From positions 1-64,000 of IMG/VR virus record IMGVR_UViG_2974724996_000001: a stretch of 64,000 bases of DNA. One strand, given 5' to 3'. The translations under genes were made by a program, and so were the position numbers. This document shows positions 7,920-16,983 of the stretch, one piece after another; positions within the stretch are counted from its first letter, which is position 1, and the number at the start of each line of letters is the position of its first letter. The notes under the pieces are model-generated. The model had not been told where the DNA came from. It searched no databases and saw only the letters and a program-made list of their open reading frames with translations. The stretch is from Oliverunavirus OLIVR1 (lineage: Duplodnaviria; Heunggongvirae; Uroviricota; Caudoviricetes; Schitoviridae).

Positions 7920-8101
7920 CAGGATTAGAATTAGCCATTGTCGAAGCTGCCATAGCTTTGATGAACGTCACGAACCAAGAGAATTGGGAACGTGTTCTCA
8001 ATATAGCTTATGCAGAAGGTCAACTCGAATTCAATGAGATGACTGAAATGTCTGCAAAGCTTATCGATCTCGCTCAAGCTGTATCGGAATATAAGCCATG
8101 A
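7916..8101 (+). CDS. hypothetical protein
   Basis: 61-aa ORF, translationally coupled. Confidence 0.4.
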   Translation: MTGLELAIVEAAIALMNVTNQENWERVLNIAYAEGQLEFNEMTEMSAKLIDLAQAVSEYKP

Positions 8102-8424
8102 ACCAGCAAGAAAAAGCTGTGATTGATGCAGCAGTAGAATTTGTTCGCAAGGATGGTCGTGGTGATACGATCAATAAATTGAATGAAGCTGTGGCGAAAT
8201 ATATTCACCTACAGCCTCAGAATAATCGGCATAGATATTATGCTGAAACCTTTCCAAATTGGTGGGTTCTCGACCGTGTCACTCTTCAACAGATGGTGAC
8301 AGATAAACAAATGAGAGCAAGTAAAATCAGTATTGAACATCCAGAATGGAAAGACCTAATCCGTGACTCCCTCACTCTTGAGCAAATTATTATTTGCAAA
8401 AAGGAAATTGAGAATGAAAATTAA
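8098..8424 (+). CDS. hypothetical protein
   Basis: 108-aa ORF. Confidence 0.45.
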   Translation: MNQQEKAVIDAAVEFVRKDGRGDTINKLNEAVAKYIHLQPQNNRHRYYAETFPNWWVLDRVTLQQMVTDKQMRASKISIEHPEWKDLIRDSLTLEQIIICKKEIENEN

Positions 8425-8605
8425 TCACATAACCCGAGTACAAGACAATGGTTTGGTTATTCCGGTAACCATTGTGAGTCATCGTGATCTTCTTGGTAGG
8501 CCGATGGCCTCATCCTTCCATGGATGGATGTCCGAAGAAGATGTCAAATTCACTCTTAAACGACTGCGTGAAATCGACAGTCAACAGGAGAAATTCAATG
8601 GCTGA
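8414..8605 (+). CDS. hypothetical protein
   Basis: Start set to ATG 8414 (RBS aaggaaattgag) within track ORF 8363-8605. Confidence 0.4.
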   Translation: MKINHITRVQDNGLVIPVTIVSHRDLLGRPMASSFHGWMSEEDVKFTLKRLREIDSQQEKFNG

Positions 8606-8822
8606 AAAAACCATGAAAGAAATTCTCACTGATAAACAATTCCAAATATTCAGTGATGTATATCGTCGTGACTATAGACGTGCACAAGATGCATTGAGAA
8701 TTGCTCACAACCGTGAGCAAGAAGCTCGTAACCATGCAGAGAGTTGGTTAAAGGAAATCAATGGACTCAAAGCCATTGCTCTTAAGCATGGCTTCGATAT
8801 CACCAAGGAACCATCATCATGA
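8598..8822 (+). CDS. hypothetical protein
   Basis: Start set to ATG 8598 (RBS caggag) within track ORF 8484-8822. Confidence 0.45.
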   Translation: MAEKTMKEILTDKQFQIFSDVYRRDYRRAQDALRIAHNREQEARNHAESWLKEINGLKAIALKHGFDITKEPSS

Positions 8823-9412
8823 AAACCAAAGATGAATTGCTCACAAGCATATCATCTTTATCGGTTGGGGAATTAAGAACCCTCAACCGATACTATCTCC
8901 ATCCAAATAATCAACGAGCATGTAATACTTGTCATCAAGTCTTTGATGGCATACGTGAGCATTTCCCGATTAAAAAATACCAAGATAATGGTAACATTTC
9001 TTGGAATGTGAAATGCAAGACATGCTTCAACGCAATCAATCGAGAACGAAGAATTGAATATCGTAAGTATGCTGAGACATTCATTCGCAGTAAACTTGCT
9101 TCATATCGAAATAGAGCCAAACAGGAAAATATACCATTTAATCTCACCGCAGATTATCTGATTGATTTATGGAATAATCAAAAAGGTCTCTGCCATTATA
9201 TAGGCGAACCGATTGATTTCACTCTTACTGTTCCTGCTGGCACTCATCCACACCTCGCAACACCATCTTTGGATAAGCTAACTCCATCCAAGGGTTATGT
9301 TATCGGAAATGTGGTGTGGTGCTCTTATGGCATCAACCGGATGAAAAACGATCTCGATTACGACATGTTCATAAAAGCTTGTGAGCTTATTTTGAAAAAC
9401 AGGAATATATAA
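8819..9412 (+). CDS. Cys-rich protein with degenerate HNH/His-Me-finger-like C-terminal motif
   Basis: 197 aa; CNTCH...CKTC zinc-finger-like pairs; C-terminal SLDKLTPSKGYVIGNVVWCSYGINRMKND resembles the HNH core pattern with His replaced. Confidence 0.3.
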   Translation: MKTKDELLTSISSLSVGELRTLNRYYLHPNNQRACNTCHQVFDGIREHFPIKKYQDNGNISWNVKCKTCFNAINRERRIEYRKYAETFIRSKLASYRNRAKQENIPFNLTADYLIDLWNNQKGLCHYIGEPIDFTLTVPAGTHPHLATPSLDKLTPSKGYVIGNVVWCSYGINRMKNDLDYDMFIKACELILKNRNI

Positions 9413-9946
9413 ATGCAATCAAAATCAAAGAGTTACTGTGGAATAGGAAGCCGTGAAACTCCAAATGATATCTGTGATTTGATGACAGGCTTTGCATCTC
9501 TGGCTGAGGAACTCGGCTGGAAATTGCGATCTGGTGGCGCTGAAGGTGCTGATCTCGCCTTTGAAAAAGGTGTGATTAAGGGAACCAATAAAGAGATTTA
9601 TCTCCCTTGGGGATCCTTCAATGGAAGCAAATCCATGCTATTTCCTCCTTCTGCTGAAGCCATGAAAATGGCTGAACAATTCCATCCAAACTGGGCTGCT
9701 TGCAGTCCCGGAGCCAGAAAGCTTCATGCACGTAATGCTCATCAGGTCATGGGACAACATCTCACTAATCCTGTTCAGTTTATCCTTTGCTGGACTAAGG
9801 ACGGCAAAGACATTGGCGGCACTGCCTTGGCTATTCGTATAGCCAAAGCCCATGGCATCTCTGTGTTCAACATGGGAGGCGAAATCGATGAAGATCAATT
9901 GGAGTATATCCTGCGAGATAAGGCTCCCTCATTCCTCAAGAAATAG
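9413..9946 (+). CDS. DprA/Smf-like (SLOG-type) Rossmann-fold nucleotide-binding protein
   Basis: 177 aa; GIGSR...SGGAEGADLAFEKG resembles the DprA/Smf Rossmann-domain signature. Confidence 0.35.
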   Translation: MQSKSKSYCGIGSRETPNDICDLMTGFASLAEELGWKLRSGGAEGADLAFEKGVIKGTNKEIYLPWGSFNGSKSMLFPPSAEAMKMAEQFHPNWAACSPGARKLHARNAHQVMGQHLTNPVQFILCWTKDGKDIGGTALAIRIAKAHGISVFNMGGEIDEDQLEYILRDKAPSFLKK

Positions 9947-9955
9947 GAGACAGAA

Positions 9956-10390
9956 ATGAAGTTCATTATAGCACTAATTATTGGTGTACTCTATGCTGGT
10001 AATGTTACCGCACAAAATCAGTATGTGTCCACCGATAACTATGGTGGACTTGTTCATCAATACATTGAGGCAGCAGAGATATTGGAGGAATTCCAGACTC
10101 TAGTTGTCTTTGACAAAGCATGTGTCTCTGCATGCACGATTTATCTTAGCACCGAATATACATTCCCTAAATGTATGAAAAAGGGGACAATCTTCGGCTT
10201 CCACAAACCACGTTTCACTAAGGACACAAAGGTCAAAGACCAAAACTATCTGGATCTTATGATCCGAGCTATGTGGAATAGTTATCCTCAACCTATCAAG
10301 GATTATCTAACTATTCATGGATGGCCTGAAGGAAATAAATATACAATCATGCTTGACAAAGATATGGAAGGGGTCTTGCCTTATTGCTAA
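9956..10390 (+). CDS. secreted hypothetical protein (signal peptide)
   Basis: N-terminal MKFIIALIIGVLYAGNVTA is a Sec-type signal peptide. Confidence 0.5.
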   Translation: MKFIIALIIGVLYAGNVTAQNQYVSTDNYGGLVHQYIEAAEILEEFQTLVVFDKACVSACTIYLSTEYTFPKCMKKGTIFGFHKPRFTKDTKVKDQNYLDLMIRAMWNSYPQPIKDYLTIHGWPEGNKYTIMLDKDMEGVLPYC

Positions 10391-10426
10391 GATGCAATAG
10401 TTCATGAACCAAGGAAGGAACATCCT

Positions 10427-10960
10427 TTGCCTACTTATCGCGTCCACGTTAATCGTCCTCAAAAGAAAATCTATGTACTTCCTCTGGCAGATGCTGCTCC
10501 TGCAAATACAGTAGTAGCTGGCCAATTCGCACATGATGCTGATATTGAGGCAGCGGATCCACTGGAAAGCTCCATCAACCATGTGGTTTTCCATCACGTT
10601 CAGGAAATTCTTGGTAAGGCAAAGGACTCTGCTCCTAACACCTTCTCGACATTCCCTGATAATATTACTGATCTGGGTAATTACCAGATTTTCACCACTC
10701 CACCTCCTATCCCGGTAGACAGTGTTGAACTTGGTGCTGATTTCAGTATTGCTGTTGCTGCAACACATCAGCTTGTACCTGTGTTCACTCCAACTGATGC
10801 CACCAATAAGGCTGTGACTTATAGTTCTGCGACTCCCGCAGTTGCTACCGTCAATAGTTCCGGTCTTGTTACCGGCGTATCTGCCGGTACCTCTGTCATC
10901 ACCGTTACTACGGCTGATGGTGCAAAAACCGATACGGTTACTGCAACCATTACTGCTTAA
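10427..10960 (+). CDS. bacterial Ig-like (Big_2) domain protein
   Basis: TTG start with RBS aaggaagg; C-terminal ATVNSSGLVTGVSAGTSVITVTTADGAKTDTVTATI matches the Big_2 fold pattern. Confidence 0.5.
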   Translation: MPTYRVHVNRPQKKIYVLPLADAAPANTVVAGQFAHDADIEAADPLESSINHVVFHHVQEILGKAKDSAPNTFSTFPDNITDLGNYQIFTTPPPIPVDSVELGADFSIAVAATHQLVPVFTPTDATNKAVTYSSATPAVATVNSSGLVTGVSAGTSVITVTTADGAKTDTVTATITA

Positions 10961-10983
10961 TAATAATCAAATAATGAACTTAG

Positions 10984-11012
10984 AAAGCCCTGCCATGTGC
11001 AGGGCTTTTTTC
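10984..11012 (+). terminator. rho-independent terminator
   Basis: aaagccctgc-catgt-gcagggcttt then ttttc. Confidence 0.75.
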
Positions 11013-11129
11013 ATTTAAGGACATTGTCATGAGATATGTGATCACCGCAGCCGCAGTGCTGATGATTATCTACATAATACTGCAATAGTTTTTTGTGCTC
11101 AGACAGAACAATTGGAAAGGTAAACTGCA

Positions 11130-11486
11130 ATGTGTGATCGTTGTGTTGAAAATTTGAAAGTGCTTCCTCCGGAATTGCTTCCTCTTCTTGAGAAGCACAG
11201 AGCAAAAATCACCAAGCTGATTGAAGAAATGGATACTGATTTGGCTGAAATAATCGCCGAAGCGAAGATCAGTGATGATGCTTCTCCTGAAGAACTGGTA
11301 TTTGCTCAACAGCAAATCCTCAATACGAATAAGGCACTGTCCTTGATTGGCGTAGTCGCTTACGCGATTGCTGCCAATAATCACGATCCATACATCGTAG
11401 AGGACCTGATCCATGCCACCGGTCAGATGGCAATGGTCGGTCATTACAAATTCGGAGAAGAAGCATTCCTCCGAAAACTCAATTGA
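11130..11486 (+). CDS. hypothetical protein
   Basis: 118-aa ORF, RBS ggaaagg. Confidence 0.5.
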   Translation: MCDRCVENLKVLPPELLPLLEKHRAKITKLIEEMDTDLAEIIAEAKISDDASPEELVFAQQQILNTNKALSLIGVVAYAIAANNHDPYIVEDLIHATGQMAMVGHYKFGEEAFLRKLN

Positions 11487-11493
11487 GGACATC

Positions 11494-11844
11494 ATGTTTA
11501 AAAAACTGAAAGCATGGAGACGTAAGCATTGGCCGACCCAGATTGAACAGTTTCAGGACGGTGATGCCTTTGCTGCTGAAGAAATCAGCAAATACGGTAT
11601 TCACGATGGCGTCAATGTCATCATGAGTTTGCCTTCCAATAAAAGAAATGCCTTCGATAGAGGCATGATCAATCACGCAGAAAGAGCCATGGCTCAATAC
11701 CATGCTGGCTGGAAATGCGCCGATCAAATCATCGAAAAAGCATCTTATCATGTCGCTGTGGAGGTGATTACTCGTAAAAATCCCGCCAATAATCCTGCCT
11801 ATCAAAAAGGCATGGAAGACAGATTGCTGAAAGAACAGCCATGA
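11494..11844 (+). CDS. hypothetical protein
   Basis: Start set to ATG 11494 (RBS gagga) within track ORF 11413-11844. Confidence 0.45.
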   Translation: MFKKLKAWRRKHWPTQIEQFQDGDAFAAEEISKYGIHDGVNVIMSLPSNKRNAFDRGMINHAERAMAQYHAGWKCADQIIEKASYHVAVEVITRKNPANNPAYQKGMEDRLLKEQP

Positions 11845-12026
11845 TTAAGAGAACTCAAATCATTCTTGAACACGGCGATCTATTCAAAGCAATCAAAGAC
11901 CACATTGGCCGACAAGATGGCATGAGTGCCGGTGATGTCTGTAATTTTCACATCTCTTTTGAGAACGACAAACCTGTCGTAACAGTCAATCTCTCTGACA
12001 AGAAGGTAGAAAACAGTGGACTATAG
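11841..12026 (+). CDS. hypothetical protein
   Basis: 61-aa ORF, coupled. Confidence 0.4.
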   Translation: MIKRTQIILEHGDLFKAIKDHIGRQDGMSAGDVCNFHISFENDKPVVTVNLSDKKVENSGL

Positions 12027-12408
12027 TAAAGCAATATTCGTCTTTGGCTCTAATGAAGGCGGTTTCCATGGTGCTGGTGCAGCCAAGTTTGCGCTGGATC
12101 ATAAGGGTGCCATCCTACGTGTCCCTGAAGGCCCACAAGGCCAATCCTACGCAATTCCTACCAAAGATACATCCATTCGCAATACCTTATCTCTTGAAGA
12201 GATACAGCGATACGTAGTTCGCTTCATTGCTTATGCAATGGTTCATCCTGAATTGAAATTCCAAGTCACTCGCATCGGCTGTGGCCTCGCTGGTCTCAAG
12301 GATGAGGAAGTTGCCCCGATGTTCATTGGAGCACCTGACAACTGCTGGTTTGATACCGCATGGGAACCATGGGTAGGTGAGGACCGAAATTACTGGGGCC
12401 ATAAGTAA
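12016..12408 (+). CDS. conserved phage protein, possible Rossmann-like fold
   Basis: 130 aa; N-terminal IFVFGSNEGGFHGAGAAKFA glycine-rich motif. Confidence 0.4.
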   Translation: MDYSKAIFVFGSNEGGFHGAGAAKFALDHKGAILRVPEGPQGQSYAIPTKDTSIRNTLSLEEIQRYVVRFIAYAMVHPELKFQVTRIGCGLAGLKDEEVAPMFIGAPDNCWFDTAWEPWVGEDRNYWGHK

Positions 12409-12629
12409 TGGACAGCGTTAGCGACTGGCCATTCAACCCCGCAGGAGGCATCTTTGTTACTGTGGCTGGAAACAATAGCTTTGGGATTAGTAAGGATAAT
12501 CGGCTTATCCATTTTCCTACTAATGGAACAAACTCAGAAGAGGTTAAAGACCTCGGGCCTGCTACGGCCAGAAACATCGAGTCGCTTAAATACGCTCTTG
12601 AGCGACTTGCTATCCACTCAACAGACTAA
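12408..12629 (+). CDS. hypothetical protein
   Basis: 73-aa ORF; protein-like composition, preferred over the overlapping 5' extension of the next ORF. Confidence 0.4.
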   Translation: MDSVSDWPFNPAGGIFVTVAGNNSFGISKDNRLIHFPTNGTNSEEVKDLGPATARNIESLKYALERLAIHSTD

Positions 12630-12648
12630 TGATCCAAAGGAGAAAGCC

Positions 12649-13464
12649 GTGGACTTGCAGACTGCACAAATCGATATGGAGAAAATGTTCCATAAAAACC
12701 AGCTTCATAGCCGGATTAAAAAGGAATTCGTAAACTCAGATATCGACTTCCGGACCGCTTTTACTGAGATCGGTATTGATCATAAATTCGGGTTCGACCT
12801 ACTTGTGCAAATGGTTCTGTATAAGCGTGTCAACCTCCCAACGCTTGTTGGTATCCTGCGTCGTCATTATCAGGGCGATTGCCAAAAGACCGCTGACGCT
12901 CTCTTGACGGCAGCAAAGCACAATCTAGTTGATTGGGCTGCAAACATCGAAGTCTTCATCATTCGCTTTGATATTGATGCTGAAGTGATGAATGAAATTG
13001 AAGTCTATCAATACCCACTTCCCATGATTGTGGAACCAAAGGAACTGAGGAACAACCGTGACACAGGTTACTTCACTAAAAAGGACTCTGTGATCCTCAA
13101 GAGCAACAACCATCATGATGACGATGTGTGTTTGGATTTCTTGAATAAGATTAATAAAGTAAAGCTCAAGGTCAATTCTGACACTGTAGCTTTCCTCAAA
13201 AATAACTGGAAGAACCTCGACCGTCCAAAGCCCGGTGAAGAACGTTCAGAATATCAGAAGCGTGTCAAGGCTTTCAACAAATATGACCGGACTTCCAAAG
13301 ATGTCCTGACTCATTTGGAAACCATGGGTGGAGAGTTCTATCTTACCCACAAATATGACAAGCGTGGCCGTGTTTATTGTCAAGGTTACCATGTAACTTA
13401 TCAAGGTAATGACTGGAACAAAAGTTGTATAGAATTTGCGCATGGAGAGTTAGTTGAAGACTAA
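12649..13464 (+). CDS. T7-like single-subunit RNA polymerase, small subunit (N4 RNAP II p4A-like, N-terminal half)
   Basis: GTG 12649 with RBS aaggag; 271 aa ending ...YDKRGRVYCQGYHVTYQGNDW..., matching the T7 RNAP DWRGRVYAV...NPQGND region; stops where 17656-18867 resumes the alignment. Confidence 0.7.
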   Translation: MDLQTAQIDMEKMFHKNQLHSRIKKEFVNSDIDFRTAFTEIGIDHKFGFDLLVQMVLYKRVNLPTLVGILRRHYQGDCQKTADALLTAAKHNLVDWAANIEVFIIRFDIDAEVMNEIEVYQYPLPMIVEPKELRNNRDTGYFTKKDSVILKSNNHHDDDVCLDFLNKINKVKLKVNSDTVAFLKNNWKNLDRPKPGEERSEYQKRVKAFNKYDRTSKDVLTHLETMGGEFYLTHKYDKRGRVYCQGYHVTYQGNDWNKSCIEFAHGELVED

Positions 13465-13978
13465 GAAATTACCGCCACAAGATTACCTTATCGAACGGCT
13501 CTATTATGATCCGGTATCAGGTTGCCTCTGGTGGCGGGAGCATCCTGCCATGCACAAGAGGTGGAACAATAGGTACGCTAATCAGCGTGCCTTTACTGCT
13601 CAAGATAAGAAAGGTTACCATGTAGGTGCAATAAACGATGTGCAGTATCGAGCTAATCGTATCATCTTCAAAATGCTCTACGGTTACGACCCTATTCAAG
13701 TAGATCACGATAATGGGGTCACTAATGATGATCGTGTAGTAAATCTTATCGAAGTAACCCACACAGGTAATCAACGAAACATGAAACTATCCAAGGCCAA
13801 TAAGTCAGGGGTAGTTGGTGTTTCGTGGAATACTGAAAAAGATATGTGGGAAGCCACCATCGGCATTAAAGGTAAACGTGTCGTGATTGTCCGTTCGCCC
13901 AATAAACAAGTTTGTATTGACGCTCGTCGTCAAGCCGAAATTGATGAGGGATATCATCCCAGTCATGGAAAACGATAG
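13454..13978 (+). CDS. HNH homing endonuclease with AP2 DNA-binding domain
   Basis: TTG start overlapping the upstream stop; VDHDNGVTNDDRVVNLIEVTHTGNQRN is the HNH_3 motif; GVVGVSWNTEKDMWEATIGIKGKRV is AP2-like. Confidence 0.8.
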   Translation: MKTKKLPPQDYLIERLYYDPVSGCLWWREHPAMHKRWNNRYANQRAFTAQDKKGYHVGAINDVQYRANRIIFKMLYGYDPIQVDHDNGVTNDDRVVNLIEVTHTGNQRNMKLSKANKSGVVGVSWNTEKDMWEATIGIKGKRVVIVRSPNKQVCIDARRQAEIDEGYHPSHGKR

Positions 13979-14333
13979 TGGAGTTCGCTCATGGGGAACT
14001 CTTGGAGGATTAATGCCTAATCCTGGTAACCATCCCAAATGCCCTCGTTGTAAAGGCGAGGGCTTCTACCTTGCCTATGAGGGCAAGGGATACATGTATG
14101 ACGGTTCCTTCTCCCACAATCGGTGGGAGGACTGCCGCTGTTACCCTGAGATAAAGGAGAGCGAATTGCCTCGCTCCCTCGATCCGCCGCCAATTTATAC
14201 CATTGTGCATCATCCGAAGAACCCGAAGCAATGGTACTGGCTCATCATTCACCGTGATCGGAGAGGCTCCTTTAGGCGTCCTCAACGTATCCACACATTG
14301 GGATTGGATGGAATAAGTGGAGAGTGTTTCTAA
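13965..14333 (+). CDS. zinc-ribbon protein (CPRC...CRC)
   Basis: Start set to ATG 13965 in track ORF 13887-14333; two Cys pairs. Confidence 0.35.
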   Translation: MENDSGVRSWGTLGGLMPNPGNHPKCPRCKGEGFYLAYEGKGYMYDGSFSHNRWEDCRCYPEIKESELPRSLDPPPIYTIVHHPKNPKQWYWLIIHRDRRGSFRRPQRIHTLGLDGISGECF

Positions 14334-14622
14334 AGCCAGACATCGTAAACAAGCTGCCCTCATTAGGAAACTGAAGAGAGAGCTTCGGGATGCCCAATAC
14401 AAACGGTACGTCATTCGAATGCAATGGCGTTCCGGCAAGTGCAACGGTGATCCAAGAAATTGGAGATCGTGGCGTACCTTCGCATCCGTACCTATCCTCT
14501 TCTATTCTGAGGAGGAAGCATGGGGCTATTTCTATGAGCACGATGTACTGAAGAATGCTGGCCGTAAGGCATCAGCATCTGTGGAAGTCGTCTGGCTACC
14601 GGAGAAAATCAATGAAAGCTGA
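14317..14622 (+). CDS. hypothetical basic protein
   Basis: 101-aa ORF. Confidence 0.4.
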   Translation: MESVSKARHRKQAALIRKLKRELRDAQYKRYVIRMQWRSGKCNGDPRNWRSWRTFASVPILFYSEEEAWGYFYEHDVLKNAGRKASASVEVVWLPEKINES

Positions 14623-14959
14623 TCTAATCTTACCCGATGGCAGCGTACTTGAATACAAAAGTGTGAATGACTCATTAGCTGATGATCGTTATCGGCTTTT
14701 GGTTATTGATGACATGTGTGCTGTTAATCGCTTCATGAACGGTCACGATGTAGCTCTGACTGAAAGCGAACAGACCATCCTTTATCGATTTGTCGCTGAC
14801 GAATTTGATAGGCAGATGGAAAACATGTTGTTCCGTGCTCCCATCCGTAAACCTTACCAGCCTGTGGATTACCACAGCACCAAAATTGGTAAGACCCGAG
14901 CTAAGCTTCTCAAGAAACGAGCCAAGGACAAAGCCAACCGCAAGAGGCCAAGGAAGTGA
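14612..14959 (+). CDS. hypothetical protein
   Basis: Start set to ATG 14612 (RBS ggagaaaa). Confidence 0.4.
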   Translation: MKADLILPDGSVLEYKSVNDSLADDRYRLLVIDDMCAVNRFMNGHDVALTESEQTILYRFVADEFDRQMENMLFRAPIRKPYQPVDYHSTKIGKTRAKLLKKRAKDKANRKRPRK

Positions 14960-15423
14960 GCAGATACAAGGAAGACATCAAAGCAGGCGACAAGGTTATA
15001 TGCCTTGTCGGCTACTATAAATCATATGGGATCGGGGACATAGCAACAGTTGTACGTCTCGACATCAGCGGTGCAGGTAACCCTGTTCTCATCCTCAAAA
15101 ACCCCCTCAGTGACTGCGGCACATCGATGTATTCCGTCGATAACTGGAAGTTCCACAGCAGACCCAAGGAGATTAAACACATGGGCTACGCTCGTACCCT
15201 CTATTTCGCTGGCAAGCTCGCCAACTTTGTTGAAGAGCAGGGCCAAATCCCACGCATCTCTGATCGTACCATCGGACGGCACAGCAAGTCCGAGGTGATC
15301 AAGGACGTTCGTGCCGTCATTCAAGACGGTGAACAGTGGGTTGTCCTTCAGACTGTTGGCTTCATCAAGACCAAAGAACCGGTACCGGAACTGGCACAGG
15401 TCGAATTTACCGAGTGCCGCTAA
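14956..15423 (+). CDS. hypothetical protein
   Basis: 155-aa ORF, GTG start overlapping previous stop. Confidence 0.45.
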   Translation: MSRYKEDIKAGDKVICLVGYYKSYGIGDIATVVRLDISGAGNPVLILKNPLSDCGTSMYSVDNWKFHSRPKEIKHMGYARTLYFAGKLANFVEEQGQIPRISDRTIGRHSKSEVIKDVRAVIQDGEQWVVLQTVGFIKTKEPVPELAQVEFTECR

Positions 15424-15469
15424 TTTCTTTTCCTCGGCTCGGTTAACCGAGTAATCAGGAGAATAATCA

Positions 15470-15586
15470 ATGTTCTTCAAACTCATCGGGGTCATTGTGA
15501 TCCTCGTCACCTTGGTAGTAGGGGCTTACTGGTTAGCCACTAATATCGGTTTCAACAAGAACCAGAAAACAAAGAAGAGGAAGTGA
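15470..15586 (+). CDS. tiny single-pass membrane peptide (38 aa)
   Basis: ATG 15470 with RBS aggagaa; MFFKLIGVIVILVTLVVGAYWLATNIGF then a lysine-rich tail; immediately precedes the SPFH gene. Confidence 0.4.
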   Translation: MFFKLIGVIVILVTLVVGAYWLATNIGFNKNQKTKKRK

Positions 15587-15591
15587 CTCAA

Positions 15592-16440
15592 ATGAGTCTG
15601 CGTTCAATCATCGGCCTGCTGTTTGCAGGTATTATCGGAGTAATCACCCTTGGCGTCATCGGCGGATCGTTCTATACGGTCGATGAAGGTGAAAAGGCAG
15701 TCATCCTCCGTAACGGTGCCGTCACCGGCATTGCTACTCCCGGGTTTCACTGGAAAGCTCCTTTCCTCGACTCAGCCGTGGACATCTCCCTGCGTGACGA
15801 GACGATCACCTTCGATGAAGTCAAGGCTTACACCAAGGACAGCCAGACAGCGACCGTGCATCGTATTTCCATCACCTACCGTGCGAAGCCCGGTAATGAT
15901 GACGTGCTTGCCATATATAGCCGTTATGGCTCGGTTAAGAATGCTGTCAGCCAGATGGTCACACGTCGCGTCAGCGAGTCCCTCGAAACTGTATTCGGCC
16001 AGTTCACTGCCGACACAGCAATCAAGGAGCGTGAAAAGCTTGGTCAGGAATTCTCCAAGCGTATCCGCAACATTGATGGTCCCGTTGAAATCCTCTCTGC
16101 TCAGATCGAGAACTTCTCTCTGCCTGACAGCTATGAGCGGAACATCGACGCCAAGATGAAGGCTGAAGTTGCTGAAAAGCAGGCGGAAATCGATAACCGT
16201 ACAGCGGTTGCCAATGCCAACGCTGCTGCCACTGTCAAGAGGACAGAGGCTGATGCCTCTGCCCATGCTGTTCGGGTGCAGGGCGAAGCTGAAGCTGCTG
16301 CTCTCCGTGCCAAGAACGATGCCATCAAGGAGTCTCCGAACCTGATTGAGCTTACAAAAGCTCAGCAGTGGGATGGAAAACTCCCAACTACATTCGTTCC
16401 CGGATCGGCTGTTCCATTTCTGAACCTGCCATCTAACTAA
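15592..16440 (+). CDS. SPFH/band-7 (stomatin/prohibitin/HflKC-like) membrane protein
   Basis: N-terminal TM helix followed by ...YTVDEGEKAVILRNGAVTGIATPGFHWKAPFLDSAVDISLRD... typical of SPFH domains; alanine-rich coiled-coil C-terminus. Confidence 0.7.
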   Translation: MSLRSIIGLLFAGIIGVITLGVIGGSFYTVDEGEKAVILRNGAVTGIATPGFHWKAPFLDSAVDISLRDETITFDEVKAYTKDSQTATVHRISITYRAKPGNDDVLAIYSRYGSVKNAVSQMVTRRVSESLETVFGQFTADTAIKEREKLGQEFSKRIRNIDGPVEILSAQIENFSLPDSYERNIDAKMKAEVAEKQAEIDNRTAVANANAAATVKRTEADASAHAVRVQGEAEAAALRAKNDAIKESPNLIELTKAQQWDGKLPTTFVPGSAVPFLNLPSN

Positions 16441-16509
16441 ATAACCTTTTTGGTTTCCTGATCTACGGATCAGGTTTCCCAACAAGTTACTCAAATAAGG
16501 AGACAAGTA

Positions 16510-16701
16510 ATGGCTGAACCAAAGGAAATACCCACATATACAGCGATGTATTATATAGAAGCTGGTTATCTCCACAAAAAATCCTTCATCGGTAACGACC
16601 ATGAGGACGTGCTGAAACAGATCAAGGCCGACGAAGGCGACAAAGTCGAGATCGTTGCCATCTGGATCGGGGACATTCCTGATCCCATTTGGATTGGTTA
16701 A
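16510..16701 (+). CDS. hypothetical protein
   Basis: 63-aa ORF, RBS taaggag. Confidence 0.45.
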   Translation: MAEPKEIPTYTAMYYIEAGYLHKKSFIGNDHEDVLKQIKADEGDKVEIVAIWIGDIPDPIWIG

Positions 16702-16704
16702 GCT

Positions 16705-16983
16705 ATGGATCCTCAGCATTACCCTACACTGTCTACATATCGCCGTAGGAAGCTCAGGGAAGCGTATGTCGAGGAACAAGAGGGCAAGTGCCACCACTGC
16801 CATCAACCCCTCTCAGGGGAGCCAAATCAAAAGGTGAGACGTGCTTCTATTAATGAGAGCCGTTTTCCTGTTGGCTTCTTCAAACATCCTGTCCATCTTC
16901 ATCATAATCACAATACTGGTATGACCATCGGTGCGGTCCATGCCAAATGCAACGCAGTCTTATGGCAGTATCATGGTGAGTAA
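16705..16983 (+). CDS. endonuclease VII-like HNH nuclease
   Basis: CHHCH ... HLHHNHNTGMTIGAVHAKCNAVL matches the endonuclease VII family pattern (CxxC ... DHDH.TG..RG.LC..CN). Confidence 0.6.
   Translation: MDPQHYPTLSTYRRRKLREAYVEEQEGKCHHCHQPLSGEPNQKVRRASINESRFPVGFFKHPVHLHHNHNTGMTIGAVHAKCNAVLWQYHGE

Noticed and set aside
12454-12648. ATG 12454 as start of the RNAP small subunit (336-aa version)
   Set aside because: The extension is hydrophobic and not protein-like, has no RBS, and overlaps the better ORF 12408-12629. GTG 12649 has a perfect aaggag RBS.
15772-16806. 344-aa minus-strand ORF
   Set aside because: It is fully antisense to the SPFH and neighbouring plus-strand genes inside a uniformly plus-strand block. 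No RBS is present.
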